Of a stretch of DNA of 56,079 nucleotides, positions 22,501 to 33,979 are shown in pieces. The position numbers were made by a program, and so were the translations under genes. The first letter of the stretch is position 1; each line of letters starts with the position of its first letter. The notes under the pieces were generated by a model. That model was not told where the DNA came from. It made no database searches and worked only from the letters and a program-made list of their open reading frames with translations. Origin of the DNA: Pachysolen tannophilus NRRL Y-2460 (lineage: Eukaryota); NCBI GenBank assembly GCA_001661245.1, contig KV454017.1:248001-304079 (forward strand), in the 5' to 3' direction.

Positions 22501-22550
22501 GCCCATGAGTTCCAGCCCATGAGTTCCCGCCATGGTCAATTAGGCCATGG
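22501..22550. repeat. Direct repeat GCCCATGAGTTCC x2 followed by GCCATGG x2 in the RCH1 promoter
   Basis: Copies at 22501-22513 and 22515-22527; GCCATGG at 22529-22535 and 22544-22550. Confidence 0.7.
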
Positions 22551-23884
22551 TTTTTTTTTTTTGAATCAATTTGTTTTATTTTAATTCGCGGACTTATTAC
22601 CCGGTTTGGGCATGCACTTGAATTGAAAACTTTTTTTTTCCTATAAATTAAATATAAATTTAAATTTAAATTATATTTAATTTTTAAAATTAATTTAATT
22701 GAAAAGAGCGGGATACAAAGTTGATTTAAAAATCATCATGTTTTTATATTACTTTGAAGTTTCAAAGTCTATGATAAGTTTATCACCTTCATAAGTATAA
22801 TTAAAGCAACCGTTTTCTTGAATTTTTAGAAAAAAAAAATTTTTTTTTTATTTTGTTCTCTTATTAATTTTAACTCTTAATTACATGTAAAAAAAAAATA
22901 ATAAAACTTAATAACCCTTTTTTTTATTATAATGATGAATTTTTTCAATTGGGAATCTCTCTGATCCAAAAAACTCATGGAGAAAAATTTTTTTATATAA
23001 TTGATTTCTGATATAATAAATAAGGGGTTATTAAGTTTTATAATTTTTTTTTTCCAATTATTCCATCGTATCACACTAGTTAATACTAAACTCTATATAT
23101 TATTAACCTAATTTGGTAATAATAATAATAATAAATAATAATAATAATAAAAAAAAAAAAAACACGAAAACCTAAGCTATTCATAGGAAAGGAAGGATTT
23201 GAAAAATAAAGAATAAAAAATTATTAAGGGAACGGACCGGCTTCTCTCTCTTTTTTTTTCTCTTGTTTTTTTAAAAAAAATTCAGATTGCTTAGAAATCG
23301 CAATTCAACGCAACTTTAATGCAATGTAAACTGAAATTTTTCTTTGTGATCCGCACTTTTTTTTACTTTTGCTTTTTTTTTTGGGCCTTCGCTTCCGAAT
23401 AAAATAATTTTTTTTTAAGCGGTAAAACTAGTAAAACTACTGGCGGTGAAATAAACTATTTCACAGCCCATCTCATCGAGGCTAAAAGATCACCATACAC
23501 AATTTTATACTATATTTTAAACCCCCAAAATAAAAATACTTTAAACGTCACACTGCCAAAATACCATTTTTTGAAATATTGATCAGCCTCTTTATAATAT
23601 TTATATATTTATATAAATATATAAATATATATATATATATGAATTGAATATTAATATCTTTAAAACTAATTATAGAATTTTTTTTTTCTCTCTTTTCTTT
23701 TCTTTTTTTAGTGGGTATTATTTAAGTATTGGGGGTTCAAGTTCAAGTTCAAGTTCTAAAATAGCATGTACATTATTATATTATAGATTATATTATATCT
23801 TTTCATTTTTCAATACAGATGATAATAAATTAGTAAAAGTTTTTTTTAAAAAAGAAAAAAAAAATATATATATATATATATAAA

Positions 23885-24778
23885 ATGTTCAAGATAAGAT
23901 CATTATTTCAATATTGGGAAATTCCATTAGTTACAGTTTTTGTATGGTATGGAATGTTAATAGCCCTTTTAGCATGCTGGTCATTTGAAGGACATCCTAT
24001 TTATTGGTTTATGACAGGTTATCAATTTCCAGTATATATTTCAGATATTGGAGCAACTTCATTACAACCAATTTTTATTTCTTGTTCTGGTTTTCAAGGT
24101 ATATTTTTCGTTTTAACTTTAATTGCTGAAAGATGGTTAAGATATAAAAGAAAATTATTACCAAATACTTTAAAAATTCAAGTTATATTTGCATCATGTA
24201 GTATTGTGGCTGCATGTATTTCAATGTTGGGTATTTTATTTACATCAATTTTTAATACAAATTCTTTTGATCATGTTCATTTTGCAATGGTTAGTATATT
24301 CATTGGTTTTGCATTTTTAGTATGTGCTTTAAATACTATTAATTATTTACTTTTATGGAAATATTCTTATAGAGATGAAATGATTAATCTTTTCAATTGT
24401 TATAAAGTTAATAGATTTGCATTTAGCTTTTGGTGTAAATTAATTTGGGTTGCATTTGCTGCAGCTTTTGCAATAGCATTTGGTGCTGCAATGGAAGAAG
24501 ATCATGATAGTATATCAAGTTGTTTTGAATGGACATTAAGTTTTTGGTATGGTATATTATTATGCATTTATGCAATAGATTTATCACCAATTATTAAAAG
24601 AAATGAAATTATTAATAATAAAGAAAAATTATTTTATCAAGAAAATTTAGAAAAAAATAATAGAGTAGTATCTACTTTTGGACTTGGACTGGATTTTGAT
24701 TATTATTGGAATAGTGATTGTCCATCATCTTCATCTGCAGATTCAAATACAGAAACTTATCAACATTCACATTGCTAA
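23885..24778 (+). CDS. SFK1: Frag1/DRAM/Sfk1-family plasma membrane protein
   Basis: Six hydrophobic segments, WYGMLIALL, VYISDIGATSLQPIFISC, FEWTLSFWYG. Confidence 0.9.
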   Translation: MFKIRSLFQYWEIPLVTVFVWYGMLIALLACWSFEGHPIYWFMTGYQFPVYISDIGATSLQPIFISCSGFQGIFFVLTLIAERWLRYKRKLLPNTLKIQVIFASCSIVAACISMLGILFTSIFNTNSFDHVHFAMVSIFIGFAFLVCALNTINYLLLWKYSYRDEMINLFNCYKVNRFAFSFWCKLIWVAFAAAFAIAFGAAMEEDHDSISSCFEWTLSFWYGILLCIYAIDLSPIIKRNEIINNKEKLFYQENLEKNNRVVSTFGLGLDFDYYWNSDCPSSSSADSNTETYQHSHC

Positions 24779-25513
24779 TTTCATTAAATATCATTCATAT
24801 ACATTTTTGTTGTCAAAAAAAAAAAAAAAGAATCAAATTTGCTAGCTAGTACTAGCAATTCAATATTTTATTATTTTTTGAAAAATCTTATTTTAGCAAT
24901 TTTTTTTTTTTAAAAAGAAAAAACAACATCAACAACAATAACTCATAAATTAGAATTATTTTTTTTCCCTGATATTTCTTTTGAAATTCACTGAAACTTA
25001 ACTGTAAGTGTATATTTACTTTGATATTTTGTTATCATTTATTATTATTATTATTTTTTTTTGTCTTTTTTCTTTTTCTTATCAAAAGGAATTATAGAGG
25101 GGTCTTAAATTTTTTTTTTTTTTTGGTCTTCAATTCATAGGTTTTTGCTCATCAATTTTTCATTTTTCATGTTTTTAAAAAAAACGAGTTCTAATTTAAT
25201 AATTAACATTAGTCTCGTGCTGGTAAATAAATTAAAGATAAAAGATAAAAAAGAAAAGTTTAAATAAATTTAAAAAATATTTTTTAAAAAATCAGTCACA
25301 CGAGCTGAAACGTATTTTTAAAAATTAATCTAATCTAATAATTCAACCCAATTTTCATTTTATTCCTAACGATAAATAGCAATTACAAACTCCAAACTAA
25401 ACTAAACCCCAAACGAACAAAAAAAAAAAATTTTTTTCTAATAACTATGCTTTCTTATTATAACTTATTTATTACCTATTACCTATTACCCATTACCCAT
25501 TACCTATTGTATA

Positions 25514-28345
25514 TTATAACCTAATATTTGTTGATAAACCATGTCCTGAATACATTAGTTCCAATTCAAAATTATCCAATCTAAAATTAAAAACAGCGCT
25601 ACCGTCAACTTTTAAATCACCGTTTAAAGCTCTTCTTAGAATATCAGCTCCAATACCGTCTGAATAAGTTATAGGCAAACGTGGAGTTGTATAAATTCCA
25701 GGAGGAACATATAAAATTTCCTGTTTTTCTAAATATCCTAAAGTGGTTCCTTCAAATGTTGCTTGTGCTTTTAAAATTTCAATAACAACTTCAGCATTGG
25801 AAACTGGATTGAACACAGTAAACACAATTTCAGATGTCATTATGTGCATTGTAGAAGAAATTAAAAAACCTTTATTTTCTGAAGAAGGGCCAATGGAATA
25901 CAGTGGTAATTCAAAATCTAAAGAAAGAGATTCCAAAACTTTTGATAATTTTTCAAAACTTGGAATACTTTCCTCATGTCCACTAAAACTTAATCTAGTT
26001 TCATTTCCTGACAAATAACTACTTAATAAATTCTCTAAACTTGTGATTGCATTTGCATGATTATTTGGATTAAAAGAAGTTGGATCAAATGTTAATAACA
26101 GACTCATATTAAATGAACTTTTTGGAAGAATTTTTGGTAAATCTCTAGTAGAGACATAACCTAATGTAAATCCGTTATGTTCAAATATCAATTCAATTGA
26201 ATTTTCATGTAAATCCAATGAAATATCTAAAGGATTTTCAATGATCAAATCCATAAACAATTTTAACTCTTTTTCAGAAGAATCAAGCAATAATATATCA
26301 GTAATGTTGGTGTTTAAATTATTTAACAATCCACCAATATCAGAACCATCTAATTTGAAATTTAAAGACGCAGGAAGTTCATAAAATGTACTATTTCCAA
26401 TGCTAGATTCAACTTCAAGATCAAGTATATTCTCAATAATGATTTCAGAGGAAACATGTCGCATGAAATTACCAAGTACATCAGACAATGTGATTGGATC
26501 AAAAATTTCAAAAGCAACATCCATCAATTCCATCTTTACTACCATTGAATCATCGATTTTTAAATTAGAAGATTGCCAGTCTTCAAAATAAAATCCACCA
26601 AAAGCTGTATCATTTTTAATCATTTGTAATTCCCCACGAAAATTACTGATGTTTATATCTTTCAAACCTTTAATCAGATCAGGAAGATTAAACTCTAAAA
26701 CAATATCTGAAGAAATTAAAATTGACTTGTTCAAATCTAAAAATAAAATTTTCAAAGTATAATCGTCAAAATAATTTTCAAATAAAGAATCACTATTACC
26801 AATTAATAGATCCTTCTTAATATTGATTGGAAATCTTAATCTTTTCACAATGAAATCAAACCAAGTAGGAAGATTAGTTTCTTGATTTTCACTTCCAATA
26901 ATATAAACGTTTTGAATTTCATTACCTTCAAGAAAATTTTTGATCAAATCGTTTATTGGAGAAAGTTTCCCAAATGAACACTTATTCAATAATTTACTTG
27001 ATAACTGTGTTATTTCTATATGTGTATCAAGGTTAATTTGGGACATTGGTCTAATTATTATTTCTCCAGTTTCAACAATACCAGTTTCAATATTATTCCA
27101 AGATTCACAACTTGGTAATAATATAATCCAATCCAAAGGATCCATATTGAAAGTGAATGCATAATCAATATAGTTTGTTTTCAAATGAATATCAGATGAA
27201 AGTACTTCAGTTGAAGTATATAGATTAAAATCAAAAGAATCTATTAAACTGAAATCTTCATTCGTAGGACTTAATTGAATTGTTCTTTTTTCATCAAATG
27301 CAAAAGTATTTCCATTAACATTGTAAATAGAGCTTTTCAAGTCGAAAAAAAAGAGACCACTGACTAAAATATCAACAGAAGAAACTCCTTCTTCTTTTAG
27401 ACCAAGTAAAATATTAATTATTTTAATGGTGTTTGTATGTACAACTTCAAGGCAATTATCAAAATCGAATGAAGTGATTTGTTTATTAATCAAGTTAACA
27501 TTGACTTTTGGAGGATCAAGTATAACTAATCTATGAAGTGGTTCAATATTTGGAATCTCAACAAATAAATCCACTTTTTGAGTTGGAATTAAATCAACAG
27601 TTCCAAGCAAGGCTCCTAATATTAATATTATACCTCTAGAGTATAAGCTAGTAACCTGAGAATAATCAACTTGAACTGAACCACTAACATGAACATTTAA
27701 ACCAGACTCTGAGATTCCTAATACAGAAACATTTTCCAAATCTAAATTTATCGCCTGTTTAAATATCAACTCCAGATTAGACCAAATATACATTAGATTT
27801 ACAAAAATCACCATTGCTATCGCCACGATTAAACTTGACAGTTTTGGATAAGTAATTAACAACTCTCTACAAGTTTGAATTAACCAAATTATGGTATTTG
27901 GCGATGAAACCGGACCTTCAACATGAACAAGATTTGGATTACTCAAATTTTCTGAAGCAACATCCGATAAGTAGCTAACAATGGAACCTTGTCTTCTAGG
28001 AACTTGTGGCAAGTCAGTCGAATAATAATTATTCCCAGTTTCAACATCTTCAAACCTTGGTGACCCAGAACTTGAACCCAAAGCAGATGCAGACACAGCT
28101 CCTGTACCTTCTGTATTAACTTTTTGTAACAACGGAGAACGCTCTGTTGCTGAATTTAATGTTAACTCTCGCTGAATGTTTCGCAAAGGTGGACTACTAT
28201 TATTCGAGCTCAATTGATTAAATTGAATATGCTCTGAAATGAAGCTTGCATTATCTTGTAAACCGTTGACTGCATGGGCGCTAAGGTCGCTTTTGGAACT
28301 AGAAGAGATGGATGGCCCTTGCGGAAGATCTCGAGGGTCCGCCAT
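25514..28345 (-). CDS. TAG1: Tag1/YLR173W-like single-pass vacuolar membrane protein
   Basis: N-terminal acidic dileucine (TERSPLL), one TM segment, repeated beta-rich luminal domains, C-terminal TPRLPITYSDGIGADILRRALNGDLKV. Confidence 0.65.
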   Translation of the reverse strand: MADPRDLPQGPSISSSSKSDLSAHAVNGLQDNASFISEHIQFNQLSSNNSSPPLRNIQRELTLNSATERSPLLQKVNTEGTGAVSASALGSSSGSPRFEDVETGNNYYSTDLPQVPRRQGSIVSYLSDVASENLSNPNLVHVEGPVSSPNTIIWLIQTCRELLITYPKLSSLIVAIAMVIFVNLMYIWSNLELIFKQAINLDLENVSVLGISESGLNVHVSGSVQVDYSQVTSLYSRGIILILGALLGTVDLIPTQKVDLFVEIPNIEPLHRLVILDPPKVNVNLINKQITSFDFDNCLEVVHTNTIKIINILLGLKEEGVSSVDILVSGLFFFDLKSSIYNVNGNTFAFDEKRTIQLSPTNEDFSLIDSFDFNLYTSTEVLSSDIHLKTNYIDYAFTFNMDPLDWIILLPSCESWNNIETGIVETGEIIIRPMSQINLDTHIEITQLSSKLLNKCSFGKLSPINDLIKNFLEGNEIQNVYIIGSENQETNLPTWFDFIVKRLRFPINIKKDLLIGNSDSLFENYFDDYTLKILFLDLNKSILISSDIVLEFNLPDLIKGLKDINISNFRGELQMIKNDTAFGGFYFEDWQSSNLKIDDSMVVKMELMDVAFEIFDPITLSDVLGNFMRHVSSEIIIENILDLEVESSIGNSTFYELPASLNFKLDGSDIGGLLNNLNTNITDILLLDSSEKELKLFMDLIIENPLDISLDLHENSIELIFEHNGFTLGYVSTRDLPKILPKSSFNMSLLLTFDPTSFNPNNHANAITSLENLLSSYLSGNETRLSFSGHEESIPSFEKLSKVLESLSLDFELPLYSIGPSSENKGFLISSTMHIMTSEIVFTVFNPVSNAEVVIEILKAQATFEGTTLGYLEKQEILYVPPGIYTTPRLPITYSDGIGADILRRALNGDLKVDGSAVFNFRLDNFELELMYSGHGLSTNIRL

Positions 28346-28703
28346 ATCCTCTTCAATTCAAAACTAATCAAAGCCTCCTTGAATGCAACTACTTGAGCTT
28401 CAAGTAAGTCACAAAGAAAGTTAAAGCGCTATTATCTTTATCAATATATATATATATATATATATATATATTGATATATTTTTGTAATTATGTACAAAAT
28501 TTCTTAGTACTAAATTTTTTTTTCCTTTTGTTACACGGTGCAAGATGTAGACGACCTTCATTTAGATAGATAAGTGAAGAGCTGATAATTTATTAAATAC
28601 AAAACAAGTCATAACATTACTAGTAAACAGGTGACAAAAGGAGGAAAGTCGGTGATAATAAATATTTCTATAAATAAACAACTAAAAGCTAAAAAAAATT
28701 CTA

Positions 28704-31700
28704 TTATAATTTAGAAACACCATTGACTATTTCATGATCTAAAAAAACATTCAAATCTTCAACAGGCTGGACTGCAGCTGTTAATGGATTCTCGGCTTTG
28801 AAGGCCGAGATGCTATTGATGAGTTTACCACTAGGATAAATATCAGGTGTTGGGTTATTCAAATCTTTTACTATTTGAGAGATTAACTTATTTTGGAAAT
28901 CACTGTCCTTTAATAATTTATCATCATCTTTTAATAGTTCTTTAAATTCTAATGATTTGATAAAATCTGTAATTTCCTGGATATCGTAATTTTTGAAAGC
29001 ATCATAGCTATTAATTAGTTCTTCCAATTTATTCGAAGAAATGGATTCATATTTATTGATTTTGGATAAGTGATTTAAGATGGATATATTAATCAATTTT
29101 TTTTCTGATTGTTTTAAAGCAGATTGTGATTTTAAATGTGTTATTAATTTCTTTTGGTTATTAAAGTTTAAGATATAATCATCATAAAAATTGAGTAAAT
29201 CATTTTTGGAAAGTTTTTTCAATACTTCAACTTCTTGTTCATTAAAATCAAAATCATAAAAACCTGAAGTAATACAACCCCATATTTTAGAAAATTCTTC
29301 AGATAAGTTCTTTTTTTTCAATAATTTTTTAGCAATTAAACTTTCAACATTTTTATTAAATTTTTCAGATGACATCTCACTCAACATTGCTCTAAATTTC
29401 TGTAAAAACTCCACAATTCTAAACTCTAGATAATCTGTAGTTCTTTCAGATTGTATCAAGATTCTATAACCAAAAGTAGTTCTGGTCTTTTTAACACCGC
29501 TGAATACAACGTAACCCAATTGTTCTTTTGTTCTCAACTCATTAAAACAAGGTTCATGTGTAACTTGGGCTACCAAATCAGCTAATGCTAATTTTTGCAT
29601 ATCCTTAATCTCATCAAACTGAATAAAATATTCTATACAAGAATTGATGTCCTTAGGATCACTCAATTCTTTTATGTACCTATATTGATCCTTTATTAAT
29701 AGTGATCTAGCAGTTAAATATTGAGAATCAGATAAACTTCTGATATTGCCAAATTTATTTTGTAAAATATCGGAAATTTTCAAAGCATCAGTTTCATTGA
29801 AATTACCATGTACAAATGTTTCGATGAATAATTGTTTCATGACAGATGGAATAAAAGTTACTAAATCATCATATTTCAAATTTTGCATGATTTTTAATTT
29901 TTCATCTATTAACCAAGCATTATCATATAATAAAGTTGTAGAATAATGACCAATTTGTCCATATGGAGCACTATAACCAAAATTTTTATAGGCTTTAATA
30001 CATTTTTCCTTTAAAACTTCAAATCTATGACTTGTAGGTTTGAAATCCACCAAATGGTCTAAAACTTTTTCTAATAATACTGTTAGTTTATCGTTATACC
30101 CACTAACTTTTAAACTAAATCCATCTCTGGTTGCAGACAAACCGTAATGTAATCCAACTATACTAGCGTCATAAGCAATATCATTTAATGCATCTTCAAT
30201 AAGATCAAGGAAAATATTAGTCAATGTGGAATTAAAAGGTGTTGATTGAGTAACTGGACAGTGAAACATTATACCCAAGTTTGCCTTTGGTACAAAAAAT
30301 TGATCATCTTTTTTAAACCAAATTCTTTGTTTATCAGTGGATTTGATTAACTTTGGTCTGTTCAGTGGTTTCCCAATATTTGGAGTTCTATTAACATCAA
30401 AATTAGTTGGAACAAATTCGTTTGGTAAAGGTAAATGTAAATTTTCATTACATATTGAACAATTATTTAATTTTTCAATAAAATTTGAGTCTATATCTTC
30501 AACTGAATGCTCTGTACCATACCATTTTTCTCTTAATGGTAAATCATTAAAAGTTGGCGAAACCAATAATACTTTAAAGTTTTCTGGGTTTAAATAACTT
30601 CCATATTCTTCAATTAATTTTGGGTCATATTTTCTTAAAATTGATTGAGATAAGAAAAATTCGTATGGTAAAGAATCATCAACTTTATTTAATAAATTTG
30701 ATAACTTTGAAACTGTATTTGAAACACTTGATTTTTGTTTAAATTTAAAATTCATATTACTAATATCTTTTAATTCTTTGAAAATCCATTCTTGTGGTTT
30801 ATTTTTTTCCAACATTTTTAAATATTGGAAAATGTTTAAAATAATTTCTTGATAATTTTCTAAACCTTTATCAGTTAAATCTATCTCGATAGCAAATACC
30901 GAATAATTTTTAGAAATATTCATTGATCCAGAACTCAATTCATTAGCCCAACCTTTTTCTTTAAAATAATATAATAAGGAACCTTTACCCTCATGACCGA
31001 TTAAATGTGAAAAATAACGCTGTGGTTGAGATTCCCAATTTGATGATTGATCTGGAGTAATAAAAGTTAATTCCATTGATTTTGTATCCATTACAGGTTT
31101 AGCTTTAATCAATTTTTGCAATTCTTTTTTTGTAAAAGGAGGATTATTGAAAATTGATTTTGATTTATCTTTATTTGGAATTTCACTAAATTTTTCAACT
31201 ACCCATTTTGTTAAAGTATCTAAATCTTCTCTACCTAATACAACTAATCTCATTAAATTTGATGAATAATGTTTATTATAAAAATTAATTAATTCATCTC
31301 TAACGTCAACACCTTCTTTTAAAGGTAATTCGCTTAAAGTATTTAAATTTCCTGTTGAAAATTTATTATATGGATGTAATGGGCTTGATAATGATTTATC
31401 CAATTGAGATAATCTCCAAACATCATTTTGTAAATTTTTTTTATTTTCAGAATCCACTGCTTTAATTTCTCTATCTTTACAACTTTTACTAAATAATGGA
31501 TTTATGAAAAATTGAGCAAATCTATCCAATGCACCTTCTAAATAATTATAATTTAATTCAAAATAATAATTTGTATCCAATTTTGAAGTATAAGCATTTG
31601 AATAACCTGAATGTTGGGATAAATATGAACTATAATCATTTTCATTTGGATATTTTTTTGTTCCCATGAATAATAAATGTTCACAAAAATGTGCTAAACC

Positions 31701-32086
31701 AGGTAAATTTTTAGGATCATTAAAAGATCCAACATTACAATCTAATGAAGCTGCACTCTTGTCTGTTGTTGGATCATGGATCACCAAAGCTTTCAAATTA
31801 TTTTCTAGTTCAATCAACCTATAAGATCTGTCATCTAAATCTGGTTTCTGTAAATTTTCAGTTATCGTTCTATAAGACGACATATTAAAAGAAAATATAT
31901 TGGATTTCACTATTAAAAATATAGTAAAGTCTTAATAGTTAGCATTAACTTGCAAAAAAGCAAAACAAAAAAAATTTTTTTTTATATTAATTATTTATTG
32001 TCAACTTTATATATATAAATATACTCACACTGCAGTAAACTAATAATATTCTTTGATAATCTCAACGAGTTGTTCAACAATATCAT
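28704..32086 (-). CDS. STE23: Insulin-degrading enzyme orthologue (M16A metalloprotease); exons 32086-32029 and 31909-28704; internal ATG at 31883; C-terminal SKL
   Basis: Inverted zincin PGLAHFCEHLLFMGT, FNELRTKEQLGYVVFSG. The upstream exon joins in frame through a phase-1 intron. Confidence 0.93.
31910..32028 (-). other. Predicted spliceosomal intron of STE23 (119 nt)
   Basis: GTGAGT donor at 32028, TGCTAAC branch at 31944-31938, TAG acceptor at 31910. T|TG gives Leu in frame. Confidence 0.8.
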
Positions 32087-32251
32087 TTGTTCTGCAAAAT
32101 CTAAACAATAAGATTTTCTATAATGAAAGGAAACTATAGTAGTTATGGGATTTTTAACAGCTGGAACTGAAAAAAAAAAGGTGAAAAGTACATAGAAAAA
32201 TATAGTAGTACAGAAATAAACCAAAAATACAAAAAAGGAAGCTGGTGTGTC

Positions 32252-32331
32252 GTGACACAAAGTGACATAGATTTAAAAGTGACATAAGCTAAAAAGTGAC
32301 ACATAACAGCTTAGAGTGACATAGAGTGACA
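32252..32331. promoter_or_regulatory. Array of six GTGACA motifs in the divergent STE23/CCW14 promoter
   Basis: GTGACA at 32252, 32262, 32279, 32296, 32316 and 32326; an inverted TGTCAC at 32452. Confidence 0.55.
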
Positions 32332-33109
32332 GAGCGACCGAGATCCATCTTTTCATGACATCTTTCCTTATTCAGATGTGCCCTTTCTTAACTTTCTTGT
32401 TTTATTTTTTTTTTTTTTTAATCTTTTTCTGCCCTTTTCTTCTTCTAGTCATGTCACATACTACAAATAGACTTTTTCCCTAGTTCAATAAATGGCCCTA
32501 TCTCAACTTATCCTTGGTTACTAGGTTACGTAAACTGGGTAAACTTTCTTTTTTTTCTTTATTTAATTAGCCGAAAATAATTATGGTATCTATAGTTGTT
32601 CTCGACGATCTAGCCAACCCAAAATGTTAAATGCTCGAGAAATGGAAAAAATTTTCTCTAATATTTCCCAATCGGTTACTCCCAGGGGCAGATTCTTTTC
32701 TCTTTTGCTTACATTTTTAATACATTTAATACATTTAATACTTCTAATAATAACGTATAACAGCAGGAAGCATGTAAAGTACAAGGTATATCATTTTTGG
32801 TAAATTTCCAATATGGTCCCTGAATACAATATAGAAAATATAAATAATCGTAATATTATAATAAATAATACTTTTAATTAATTATATATATATATATATA
32901 TATATTTATAATATTTAAAAGCAAATTTATTTCTTTATTAATTTAATTATCTATTTAAAAAAAAAATTTGTTCTTTCGTTTTCTTTTTGAAAATCTTTAA
33001 ATTAGATTGGTAGGAGGTTTATTAAAGCTAATAATTTTCATTTAATTTTATTTTTTTTTTTTTTCATTTCATTTTTTTTTCTTGTTTATTTCTTTCTTTT
33101 AATTTAAAT

Positions 33110-33979
33110 ATGCATTTTTCATTCGCTGTTTTAGCCCTGTTGGTTTCATTTATTCCAAAAAGTGGAGCAACAGCTCCACCAGCATGTTTATTGGCTTGTG
33201 CTGGTCAAGTTGTTAAAGCTTCAGATACATGTACTTCTTTAAACGAGATTGATTGTGTTTGTCTTTATGAATCATCATCCATTGCTTCTTGTTTGAGTTC
33301 TATTTGTCCAAGTGGAGATTCAAGCACTGCTTGGACTTATTACGAGGATAATGTTTGTAATGGTGTTGTAAGCAGCTCAAGCACTTTATCCTCGGGTTCA
33401 ACTTCGTCAACTTCAACAAGTTCATCTTCGTCAGCTTCGTCAGCTTCGTCAACTTCTGCTGCTTCTTCTTCGGAATCATCAACGCTGACTGCTTCGTCGG
33501 CCGATACTTCAAGCACTGAAACTTCAAGCACTGAAGGCTCAAGCACCGAAGGTTCAAGCGCTAGTGAGAGTGCTAATGAAAGTGCTTCATCAAGTTCTGA
33601 ATCGTCTAGTTCAAGCACAGGTACTAGTGGCAGCTCAAATACCCTGGCCGTTGCTGATGAATCCACTGAAACCAGTTCTGCATCAGTATCGTCGGTTTCA
33701 TTGACCCCGGCATCTGCAGCCACTACTACTACAGCCTCGGGAACAACTGGTTCAGAAACCACTGGTTCAGAAACAACTGGTTCAGAAACCACTGGTTCAG
33801 AAACAACTGCCTCGGAAGCAACCGCTACTACAACTTCAGCAGAATCTTCATCGTCAGGCTCCGCCGCCGCCGGTGAATCCAGTACTCCTGCAATTTCAGT
33901 TGTTTCATCTGCCGCTGCTAACAACTTATTACCAGGTTTGGTCGGAGTATTCGCCGGTGCTTTGGCTTTTGTTTTATGA
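33110..33979 (+). CDS. CCW14: CFEM-domain GPI cell wall protein (Ccw14/Ssr1)
   Basis: Signal peptide, PPACLLAC...8-Cys CFEM domain, Ser/Thr stalk, hydrophobic GPI signal. Neighbour of STE23, as in S. cerevisiae. Confidence 0.88.
   Translation: MHFSFAVLALLVSFIPKSGATAPPACLLACAGQVVKASDTCTSLNEIDCVCLYESSSIASCLSSICPSGDSSTAWTYYEDNVCNGVVSSSSTLSSGSTSSTSTSSSSSASSASSTSAASSSESSTLTASSADTSSTETSSTEGSSTEGSSASESANESASSSSESSSSSTGTSGSSNTLAVADESTETSSASVSSVSLTPASAATTTTASGTTGSETTGSETTGSETTGSETTASEATATTTSAESSSSGSAAAGESSTPAISVVSSAAANNLLPGLVGVFAGALAFVL
33746..33805 (+). repeat. Coding minisatellite, 15 bp x4 (TGSET), arranged as a 30-bp unit x2
   Basis: ACTGGTTCAGAAACC and ACTGGTTCAGAAACA alternate. Confidence 0.95.

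Noticed and set aside
25471..25508. ATTACC(T/C) x5 repeat after the TAG1 stop, considered as telomere-like or CRISPR-like
   Set aside because: A short simple repeat without spacers; best read as 3'-UTR slippage.
32087..32260. 5' part of the 89-aa ORF 31991-32260 as a separate gene
   Set aside because: It begins at a non-ATG codon and is T-tract derived; only 32086-32029 is meaningful, as STE23 exon 1.
33340..33924. 194-aa antisense ORF, and similar ones at 14979, 16536, 44881, 47030 and 10597-12300
   Set aside because: Shadows of real genes on the opposite strand or in another frame; low-complexity codons lack stops and there are no independent motifs.
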